From a virus (lineage: Duplodnaviria; Heunggongvirae; Uroviricota; Caudoviricetes), in the IMG/VR virus record IMGVR_UViG_2667527789_000016: 4,955 nucleotides of DNA. One strand, 5' to 3'. Below the pieces are notes generated by a model. That model did not search any database, was not told the DNA's origin, and saw only the letters and a list, made by a program, of their open reading frames with translations. Shown piece by piece: positions 1 to 4,955 of this stretch (its first letter is position 1; each line of letters starts with the position of its first letter). The translations under genes and the position numbers were made by a program.

Positions 1-1425
1 GTGGAATTATTCAGATTCACTAAAGTAAAAATTGCAGAACTGCCAACGCCGGAGCATGGGCAGGCCGAATATGGTGATACGGAGGTTAACGGGCTGCGTG
101 TCCGTGTAGGTTCGTCAGGTGTGAAAAGTTTCTGCATTTCCCGTAAGCGTAACGGAAAATTTATTCGTGCAACGCTGGGGCGTTTTCCTGATCTGAGTGT
201 GGACAATGCCAGGGCTAAAGCTATGGAGCTTCTCGGAGAAGTAGCCACAACGGGGATAAATCCGAACACAGCGAAACGCATGAACAACAAGGCCATGATA
301 ACGCTGAGTGAGGCACTTGAAGCCTACATAAAAAATCGTGGCCACCGTCTTAAACCCGCCACAGAAAAACAGTACCGCAGCATATTACAGAATTATTCCG
401 GTGACTGGATGGCGCATACCCTCGCTAGTATTTCCCGCGAACGTGTGGAACAACGGCATAAGGCCATCACTGATGGGGCTGTATGGTTCGGTGCTGATAA
501 AACCACGTTACGGGCTGGTGTTGGTACAGGAAGCAAGGCACAGGCCGATTTATGGGCGCGTGCGCTGCGTGCTGTGTGTCGGTTTGCGCATGATCATTAC
601 CGTGATGATGCGGGTAATACTCTTTTACCGGATCCGCCGACTCTGGTACTGAGCACCAAACGCCAGTGGCACGGAACGGTAAGAAAAACGGAACGTATCC
701 GTCTGCATGATTTTCCCCGTTGGTTTGCTGCTGTAGCTGCTGTACGTGACCAGGGCGAACAGGAAAGGGATGATATAGCGGTTACGGTATGTGATGCCGT
801 GGAAATGGCGCTTTTTACCGGACTGAGAAAATCAGAAATTTTTGGCCTTACGTGGGATCGCGTGAATATGGGCGGTCGTTTTTTCTGGATAGACACCACG
901 AAAAACGGGGATCCGCTCGAATTGCCGATTACTGATACGTTGCGGGAAATGTTCCGCCGCAGGCTGAAAATAAAAAACGCTGATGATGTTCTGGTGTTTC
1001 CTGGTGTGAAGGGAGTGATTCAGGAGACACGGCACATCATAGACCGGATAAGCGCGGCTACCGTTCCAGAGTCGAACGATGAAATGCTCTCCCCTGTACC
1101 ATTCAAATGGCACGATGCGCGCCGGACGTTCGGGACGGTTGCCGAACTGGTGGGCGTGGGTAATTACATCCTCAAGCGCCTGATGAATCACCGCACTATG
1201 CGAAGTGCTGACGTAACGCAGGGGTATTTACATTTTGGTGCTGATGAACTGCTGGAGCCAGCGTCACGGATAGAACGGGCAATTCTGGAGCATGCCGGGC
1301 TGGTGGAGAGTAAAAAATCTATCGATGCGCAATTGCTTTCTGCACTGGAGAGCATGGACGATGATGAAAAACGCCAATTAATTTTCAAAATCATAAACAA
1401 AAATTTAGAGGTATCGTCTAAATGA
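1..1425 (+). CDS. int: Tyrosine site-specific integrase (phage/P4-type, N-terminal arm-binding domain plus catalytic domain); possibly 5'-partial, GTG at position 1
   Basis: 474-aa ORF. The N-terminus (FTKVKIAELP...GLRVRVGSSGVKSF...RATLGRFPDLSVDNARAKA) resembles the arm-type DNA-binding domain of phage integrases. The C-terminal half carries the catalytic signature: R in TGLRKSE, H-x-x-R in KWHDARRTF, and a candidate catalytic Tyr in TQGYLHF. The true start may lie upstream of the window. Confidence 0.9.
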   Translation: MELFRFTKVKIAELPTPEHGQAEYGDTEVNGLRVRVGSSGVKSFCISRKRNGKFIRATLGRFPDLSVDNARAKAMELLGEVATTGINPNTAKRMNNKAMITLSEALEAYIKNRGHRLKPATEKQYRSILQNYSGDWMAHTLASISRERVEQRHKAITDGAVWFGADKTTLRAGVGTGSKAQADLWARALRAVCRFAHDHYRDDAGNTLLPDPPTLVLSTKRQWHGTVRKTERIRLHDFPRWFAAVAAVRDQGEQERDDIAVTVCDAVEMALFTGLRKSEIFGLTWDRVNMGGRFFWIDTTKNGDPLELPITDTLREMFRRRLKIKNADDVLVFPGVKGVIQETRHIIDRISAATVPESNDEMLSPVPFKWHDARRTFGTVAELVGVGNYILKRLMNHRTMRSADVTQGYLHFGADELLEPASRIERAILEHAGLVESKKSIDAQLLSALESMDDDEKRQLIFKIINKNLEVSSK

Positions 1426-2042
1426 AAGTTTGGGATGTAGTAGATGATGATACAAGAATTGAATTATATGATTATCTTGATCAAGTCGAAAAAGAAATGA
1501 GCGAGCATATATATGAATTGAAAGATAAATTTAAATATTATAGAAAAGCCGAAAGGAAAAGAATAGCAGCAAAGATTGATAAGAAAGAATATTTAGCGTT
1601 AGACAAAACAGGGGAGATAAACATAGGTCATAGTGCTAATGTATTTCTGAAATCCATCTTAATACTAGAGCTACTTGGATATAAAAATACTGCTGAGGAT
1701 CTTTCATGGGTATACAAAAGAGCCTGTATAGCCTCAAAAGGTGGTGGCAAAGTTATTAGATTAATATCTGATGGTGTTATCAAAAGAAGAAGAAGTGAAG
1801 CCGCCTCCGGCCCCCGCCACCATTTACATGATGAGATAGTCGCCATCATGAAAGCCACATGGAAGAAAGAACCAGCACTATCCAAAACAAAAATGATTGC
1901 GAAGCTGTCGCGTCGATATGAGGGCCGGATAAGCGAGGAAACAATCAAGTGCTGGATAAAAAGTGAAAAACTAGCCCCGCCGCCACCACCTGACAAAAAG
2001 TACAAAAACACCGAACTGGTGATCCCGCCAGAGTACGCATAA
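1422..2042 (+). CDS. Hypothetical protein, AT-rich cargo gene (206 aa); C-terminal part resembles a short HTH-like segment followed by a PPPPP tract
   Basis: ATG at 1422 overlaps the integrase stop (ATGA, 1422-1425); GAGG at 1408-1411. The first ~380 nt are very AT-rich (about 30% GC by eye) against roughly 50% in flanking genes, then composition returns to GC-normal near 1800. No recognisable family from sequence alone. Confidence 0.6.
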   Translation: MKVWDVVDDDTRIELYDYLDQVEKEMSEHIYELKDKFKYYRKAERKRIAAKIDKKEYLALDKTGEINIGHSANVFLKSILILELLGYKNTAEDLSWVYKRACIASKGGGKVIRLISDGVIKRRRSEAASGPRHHLHDEIVAIMKATWKKEPALSKTKMIAKLSRRYEGRISEETIKCWIKSEKLAPPPPPDKKYKNTELVIPPEYA

Positions 2043-2055
2043 AAAATTTTTTATC

Positions 2056-2086
2056 AGCCAGGGTAAAAGCAGCTATTCCCCTGGCT
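2056..2086. other. Hairpin (8-bp stem AGCCAGGG / CCCTGGCT, 15-nt loop) just downstream of the cargo ORF stop; possible weak terminator
   Basis: Inverted repeat 2056-2063 / 2079-2086. Preceded by AAAAAATTTTTT (2041-2052), which would supply a U-run for minus-strand reading, but there is no strong T-run after it on the plus strand. A direct repeat TTCCCCTGG sits at 2076-2084 and 2095-2103. Confidence 0.25.
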
Positions 2087-2175
2087 TACCTGCTTTCCCC
2101 TGGGAAAATCAGCTTTTCACCTTACCGCCCTCACAGCAAAAACCTAAAGTAGCTCACGGTAACAATAGGTAATAC

Positions 2176-2388
2176 GTGGAGTTACTTGTGAACCTAATCA
2201 ATTCTCAAGAAAAAATGACCCGCAAAGAAGCCGCCGAGCATTTGGGGGTAAGTGTCCAGACTCTTGCTAACTGGGCGCATACTGGCAAGGTAAAAATCCC
2301 TTTCCATAAGCTGGGGCGCAAAGTGCTGTATATGCGCTCTGATCTCGATACTTATCTTGCATCCACTCGCAGAACGCAGACAGCGTAA
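2176..2388 (+). CDS. Small HTH DNA-binding protein of the excisionase/AlpA/Vis type (start may be the in-frame ATG at 2215)
   Basis: The sequence TRKEAAEHLGVSVQTLANWAHTGKVKIPFHKLGRKVLYMRSDLDTYL fits the excisionase-family HTH pattern (helix-turn-helix, then a Gly-Arg wing, then an acidic DxxL motif). It lies immediately downstream of the integrase, as in many integrative elements. GTG 2176 has a weak AGG at 2168-2170; ATG 2215 has no clear SD. Confidence 0.75.
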   Translation: MELLVNLINSQEKMTRKEAAEHLGVSVQTLANWAHTGKVKIPFHKLGRKVLYMRSDLDTYLASTRRTQTA

Positions 2389-2408
2389 GGGGGGAGCGAT
2401 GCACATAA

Positions 2409-2434
2409 CAAAAAGCGCCCCGTTACCGGAGCGC
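2409..2434 (-). other. GC-rich hairpin (GCGCCCCG-TTAC-CGGAGCGC, 7 of 8 bp) with a U-run on the minus strand; terminator-like in minus orientation, possibly also serving the upstream plus-strand gene
   Basis: Stem 2415-2422 / 2427-2434. The plus strand has CAAAAA (2409-2414) before the stem, so the minus-strand RNA has stem followed by UUUUUG. Contains the CGCCCCGTTAC motif repeated at 2891-2923. Confidence 0.35.
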
Positions 2435-2530
2435 CCTTGCGAACAATTAACCTGCTGCGAAAAAATTGGATCAGTGCAGGGGAATTATATCAACTGTGTG
2501 AAGAAGCGCCACAATTGCCGGATAACAGGC

Positions 2531-2558
2531 AAAGAAAAGGCCACCTGTCACGGTGGCC
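2531..2558 (-). terminator. Rho-independent terminator of the minus-strand small gene
   Basis: Stem GGCCACC (2539-2545) / GGTGGCC (2552-2558) with a 6-nt loop. On the minus strand the stem is followed by TTTTCTTT (complement of 2531-2538). It sits about 30 nt downstream of the stop of the 2769..2590 gene. Confidence 0.55.
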
Positions 2559-2589
2559 AATGTGATCAGTGTGGTGGTTTGCTGGTGGA

Positions 2590-2769
2590 TTATTCCGCTT
2601 CTTTGGTCTTGCGGCGCTGGCGGCGTTTTATTTCGCCGCGCATGGCAGTAACGATAAATTGCGCGTCTGTTTCGTTTTCTTCTTTTACCAAATTCATTTC
2701 ACTTAAAACGTCTAGAGGTACTCTAGCTGTTTTTTGTTGTGACTTGTTGTTTGTTGTACCTGTTGGCAT
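2590..2769 (-). CDS. Small basic protein (59 aa), putative DNA-binding regulator of the element (candidate repressor); function unproven
   Basis: ATG (complement of 2767-2769) is preceded by AAGGAG at 8-nt spacing (complement of 2778-2783). Protein is MPTGTTNNKSQQKTARVPLDVLSEMNLVKEENETDAQFIVTAMRGEIKRRQRRKTKEAE with a strongly basic tail. It has its own terminator (2531-2558) and is divergent from the plus-strand operon. The longer 117-aa ORF (to 2943) would run through the operator and hairpin region and is not favoured. Confidence 0.6.
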   Translation of the reverse strand: MPTGTTNNKSQQKTARVPLDVLSEMNLVKEENETDAQFIVTAMRGEIKRRQRRKTKEAE

Positions 2770-2795
2770 CTCTGTTCTCCTTACTGTTAGGTGGT

Positions 2796-2835
2796 GTTCA
2801 GTATACGGAGAAAAAAAAATAAAAAAAGACTTGAA
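2796..2835 (-). promoter_or_regulatory. Candidate promoter for the minus-strand small gene (-10 TATACT, T-rich upstream tract)
   Basis: Minus-strand TATACT (complement of 2800-2805) lies about 30 nt upstream of the ATG. A long T-tract on the minus strand (plus-strand A-run 2809-2827) could act as an UP element. No good -35 hexamer, so this is weak. Confidence 0.3.
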
Positions 2836-2880
2836 GTGCAAGTCACCTAAAAGTAATCTAGATTTCAAGGTGACTTGCAC
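2836..2880. promoter_or_regulatory. Operator-like perfect inverted repeat GTGCAAGTCACC-N21-GGTGACTTGCAC with a perfect palindrome AATCTAGATT in the spacer
   Basis: Arms 2836-2847 and 2869-2880 are exact reverse complements (12/12). The spacer holds a 10-bp perfect palindrome at 2855-2864. It lies in the divergent intergenic region between the small regulator gene and the plus-strand operon. Confidence 0.45.
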
Positions 2881-2883
2881 CAA

Positions 2884-2923
2884 AAAGGCAACGCCCCTTA
2901 CTGTTGGGCCAGTAACGGGGCGT
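2884..2923 (-). other. Long GC hairpin (13-bp stem with one bulge, 6-nt loop) followed by a U-run on the minus strand; terminator-like or leader RNA structure
   Basis: ACGCCCCTTACTG (2891-2903) pairs with CAGTAACGGGGCGT (2910-2923). The plus strand has CAAAAAGGCA before the stem, giving UGCCUUUUUG after the stem on the minus strand. Shares the CGCCCCGTTAC motif with 2415-2434. Confidence 0.35.
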
Positions 2924-2959
2924 CTAACCACAAACGATAGCAATAGTATCGAGGTAGCT

Positions 2960-3166
2960 ATGTTAAATCATATCACACACCCGCAAGGGCGGGACTCACA
3001 CAACCTGAATAAATACATCTGGCGTTTTATCGCCCTGAGCACGGCACAACCGCGCGTAATCCACATCGAGGCCACCAGCGAACAGGAAGCACGCCAGCAA
3101 TCCCCGGCTGGCTGCGTGATGGTATTCGCTGCCCGTATTCGCCAGGAGGTAGGCCATGTGCAATAA
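2960..3166 (+). CDS. Hypothetical small protein (68 aa), first gene of the plus-strand operon
   Basis: ATG 2960 with GAGG at 2951-2954. It is the in-frame tail of the 2357..3166 ORF after excluding the part that overlaps the regulatory region. Its stop overlaps the next gene start by 11 nt. Confidence 0.45.
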   Translation: MLNHITHPQGRDSHNLNKYIWRFIALSTAQPRVIHIEATSEQEARQQSPAGCVMVFAARIRQEVGHVQ

Positions 3167-3395
3167 AACCACACCGGACGCAGCAGCCGCCGCGCTCACT
3201 ACGCTGATGCACGCGCTTATTGATATTTCTGTTATTGCTGACATGGCGCATAAGCACGCCACCAGTGAAACAGAATATGCAGGGGCTTTCGTTCCTCATT
3301 CGCTGGCGGTTATGCAACTTAGTGCTGATATGGCTCTGAATGAGGCCAAAGCTATCCTGATTGCTGATTGTGAAAATGGGGGGGGTTATGCGTGA
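3156..3395 (+). CDS. Hypothetical small protein (79 aa)
   Basis: ATG 3156 preceded by AGGAGG (3144-3149) at 6-nt spacing. Overlaps the upstream and downstream ORFs in a coupled arrangement. Confidence 0.55.
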   Translation: MCNKTTPDAAAAALTTLMHALIDISVIADMAHKHATSETEYAGAFVPHSLAVMQLSADMALNEAKAILIADCENGGGYA

Positions 3396-3609
3396 TGATC
3401 GTTTTAATTCCCTGAAACAGGAATTTTCCGGCGTTCCTGATGATGCGGCTGATGCGCTTTCGTCAATATCTGAAATTATGCGGGTGGCTTTTTTCTTTCT
3501 TTGCACTGATGAGCACAGAGATACAGGGCTAAATATTCTTGATATTGCCGCTAACTATGCTGATTTCGTGACAGAGGTTATTTTAAGAAAAGCGACGGAC
3601 GGGGATTAA
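3388..3609 (+). CDS. Hypothetical small protein (73 aa from ATG 3388; alternative starts at 3376 or TTG 3361)
   Basis: ATG 3388 overlaps the stop of the upstream ORF (ATGCGTGA) and follows a G-run (3378-3385). The stop at 3607-3609 is one nt before the next start. Confidence 0.5.
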   Translation: MRDDRFNSLKQEFSGVPDDAADALSSISEIMRVAFFFLCTDEHRDTGLNILDIAANYADFVTEVILRKATDGD

Positions 3610-3610
3610 T

Positions 3611-3844
3611 ATGCGTGATATTTACCACGAAACAACAGATCGCGTATTTCTTGCACTTTCTCACAGTGAAAATATGATGGAAATATTGCGCATATGGCTT
3701 GAAACACTTGGCGACAATGAACGCGACAAACAAAAATCAAGAATTGTCACGGCATTAATAACGCTTCTTGAGCCTGTAATAATGGAAATACAAGAAATAG
3801 ACCAATTGCACGACAGATATAACGAACAGCACACCGGAGAATAA
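3611..3844 (+). CDS. Hypothetical small protein (77 aa)
   Basis: ATG 3611 preceded by GGGGA (3601-3605). Shares the initiation context GGGG-TTA-ATGCGTGAT with the preceding ORF. Confidence 0.55.
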   Translation: MRDIYHETTDRVFLALSHSENMMEILRIWLETLGDNERDKQKSRIVTALITLLEPVIMEIQEIDQLHDRYNEQHTGE

Positions 3845-3849
3845 AAATA

Positions 3850-4149
3850 ATGAAACTTAAATATTCTGGCTTAACTGCCAGTGGCAACACTCACCCTAAA
3901 TTTACGCGCGGTGATATTTACCGCGACCAGTACGGCGGCACGGTAATGATTAAGGGCGTGGCGGGACGGTGCGTAACTTACCGCCGTGAAGGTTACGAAT
4001 ATGATTGCGTGATGCCTGTTTATCAGTTCCGGCGTGATTTTTCTCTGGTACAGACCGCGCCGCATAACGTGCCCACCAGCAACGCCAGGGCACGGGCAAA
4101 CATCCAGAAGCTGAAAACCATGATTAACGGATTCAGGGGTAAACAATGA
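3850..4149 (+). CDS. Hypothetical protein (99 aa)
   Basis: ATG 3850 with GGAG at 3836-3839. Its stop overlaps the start of the downstream ATPase gene (ATGA at 4146-4149). Confidence 0.55.
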   Translation: MKLKYSGLTASGNTHPKFTRGDIYRDQYGGTVMIKGVAGRCVTYRREGYEYDCVMPVYQFRRDFSLVQTAPHNVPTSNARARANIQKLKTMINGFRGKQ

Positions 4150-4955
4150 AACTGGCACCGAACGTAAAACGATTACCGAAAGACAAATACACCGATGCGA
4201 TTATTTTTGCGGGTATTGATGCTCACTCATTCGCAGAGCATTACATCATTGCACAGGCCAAAAAAGCAGGCGATCCAGTCCCTCCCGTTTATCTGGGGCG
4301 TTATCAGTTAAGCGAACTGGATAACCTCCAGATTGTTGATGATGGGCGATACAGGGCGACGGTGATACGCGCCGGAAATATTGAAGAGCCGCAGCTGTTA
4401 ACCATCGCCACGAAACTGGCGATCGCCGGAGTCCAGGAGGCGCGGCTACTTTCTGAAAATTTCGAATTGCTGGAGGAATGGAGCGACCAGCTTCCACGGC
4501 TTAGGGAGGCATGGGAACGCGGGGAAAGCCTGGTCATGAAAAAAATCCCCCAGCGAAAAACCACGCTACCGATGAGCGTTGGATCTACCGGATACGACAC
4601 ACAGCTTGATTACGTGGTAAAGGGGATTATTCCGGCATCGTCGCTTTGCAGCATATACGGGGCGAGCGGTTCCTATAAATCATTCCTTGCCGGATCGTGG
4701 GCGTGTCACGTTTCCACGGGCCGCCAGTGGGGAGGCCGCAGGGTGGCGCATGGCGCTGTTCTCTATGTGGTTGGTGAAGGCGGTATCGGCGTTCCGCGTC
4801 GTGTAAAGGCCTGGGAGGTTGTGCACGGTGAGCAGGTGAAAAATCTGTATCTGGTAAACCGTCCCATCTTTCCGGCTGTCCCGCTTGATGTTGATGAACT
4901 GATTATTGCTGCCAGTCAGGTGGAGAGGGAAACAGGTAAACCTGTTCGCATGATT
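4146..4955 (+). CDS. RepA-like AAA_25 family P-loop ATPase (putative replicative helicase of the element), 3'-partial, preceded by an uncharacterised N-terminal domain of about 125 aa
   Basis: ATG 4146 with AGGGG at 4135-4139. The open frame runs to the window end (270 codons). Residues DYVVKGIIPASSLCSIYGASGSYKSFLAGSWACHVSTGRQWGGRRVAHGAVLYVVGEGG match the RepA/AAA_25 pattern (a 'DY/WLVKGLLP...' motif, then a Walker A-like GxxGxxKS, then '...VLYV..E'). Family assignment is from memory of that pattern, not a search. Confidence 0.8.
   Translation, partial: MKLAPNVKRLPKDKYTDAIIFAGIDAHSFAEHYIIAQAKKAGDPVPPVYLGRYQLSELDNLQIVDDGRYRATVIRAGNIEEPQLLTIATKLAIAGVQEARLLSENFELLEEWSDQLPRLREAWERGESLVMKKIPQRKTTLPMSVGSTGYDTQLDYVVKGIIPASSLCSIYGASGSYKSFLAGSWACHVSTGRQWGGRRVAHGAVLYVVGEGGIGVPRRVKAWEVVHGEQVKNLYLVNRPIFPAVPLDVDELIIAASQVERETGKPVRMI

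Larger units (their letters stand above)
1..4955 (+). mobile_element. Integrase-led integrative element, 5' portion (satellite/PICI/P4-like island): int - cargo ORF - Xis/AlpA - divergent regulator - small-ORF operon - replication ATPase
   Basis: Gene order and content: tyrosine integrase, excisionase-type HTH gene, divergent small regulator with operator-like inverted repeat, and a RepA-like ATPase, all compactly arranged with coupled start/stop codons. No att site or tRNA is visible; the element boundary lies outside the window. Confidence 0.55.

Noticed and set aside
115-1400. Several ORFs (76-119 aa) overlapping the integrase on either strand (115..345, 338..652, 597..899, 832..1191, 1188..1400)
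   Set aside because: All lie within the integrase gene, whose translation shows clear conserved motifs; the overlapping frames have no start signals and junk-like composition.
1628-2011. 127-aa minus-strand ORF antisense to the cargo gene
   Set aside because: Low-complexity translation (poly-G, poly-S, poly-L runs), no SD, fully embedded antisense in a better-supported plus-strand ORF.
2194-2406. 70-aa minus-strand ORF antisense to the Xis/AlpA-like gene
   Set aside because: The plus-strand reading gives a recognisable excisionase-type HTH; the antisense frame has no recognisable features.
2809-2827. Long A-run (AAAAAAAAATAAAAAAAG), considered as a possible integration target or slippage tract
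   Set aside because: More simply explained as the T-rich UP-element-like tract of the minus-strand promoter; no flanking direct repeats to suggest an insertion site.
2590-2943. Longer 117-aa version of the minus-strand ORF
   Set aside because: The upstream extension reads through the inverted-repeat operator, the poly-T tract and a hairpin and lacks an SD. The internal ATG at 2769 has a strong AAGGAG SD at correct spacing.
2357-3166. 269-aa plus-strand ORF, Cys-rich at its N-terminus (possible zinc-finger-like protein)
   Set aside because: It spans the minus-strand gene with its terminator, SD and promoter, and the operator and hairpin region; the Cys-rich part is encoded by the GC hairpins. 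Only the 3' portion from ATG 2960 is kept as a plausible CDS.
2968-3506. Minus-strand ORFs 2968..3174, 2996..3262 and 3027..3506 (up to 159 aa)
   Set aside because: Antisense to the coupled plus-strand small-ORF operon; translations are Arg/Ser/Cys-rich and low-complexity; no convincing SD.
3871-4600. Minus-strand ORFs 3871..4158, 4246..4497 and 4304..4600
   Set aside because: Antisense to the 99-aa ORF and to the RepA-like ATPase gene, which has recognisable motifs; these are most likely frame shadows.
1-4955. Search for a CRISPR array, tRNA/att site or IS element
   Set aside because: No regularly spaced direct repeats with unique spacers, no tRNA-like cloverleaf, and no terminal inverted repeats flanking a transposase were seen. 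The att/tRNA end, if present, would lie upstream of the window start.

Overview
This window appears to be the integrase-proximal end of an integrative mobile element (phage satellite, PICI- or P4-like island), read entirely from sequence with no database searches. It opens with a tyrosine integrase (1..1425, possibly 5'-partial), followed by a strikingly AT-rich cargo ORF (1422..2042) overlapping the integrase stop, then a small Xis/AlpA-type HTH gene (2176..2388). A divergent minus-strand gene (2769..2590) encodes a 59-aa basic protein with its own promoter-like signals, SD and intrinsic terminator. The intergenic region 2770..2959 carries a perfect 12-bp inverted repeat and several GC hairpins sharing a CGCCCCGTTAC motif. 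Downstream is a translationally coupled plus-strand operon of five small unknown ORFs (2960..4149) leading into a RepA-like AAA_25 P-loop ATPase that runs off the window end (4146..>4955). No rRNA, tRNA or CRISPR array was seen. The most promising candidates for something undescribed are the low-GC cargo gene beside the integrase and the regulatory switch plus small-ORF operon; all functions other than integrase, Xis/AlpA and the ATPase are unknown.
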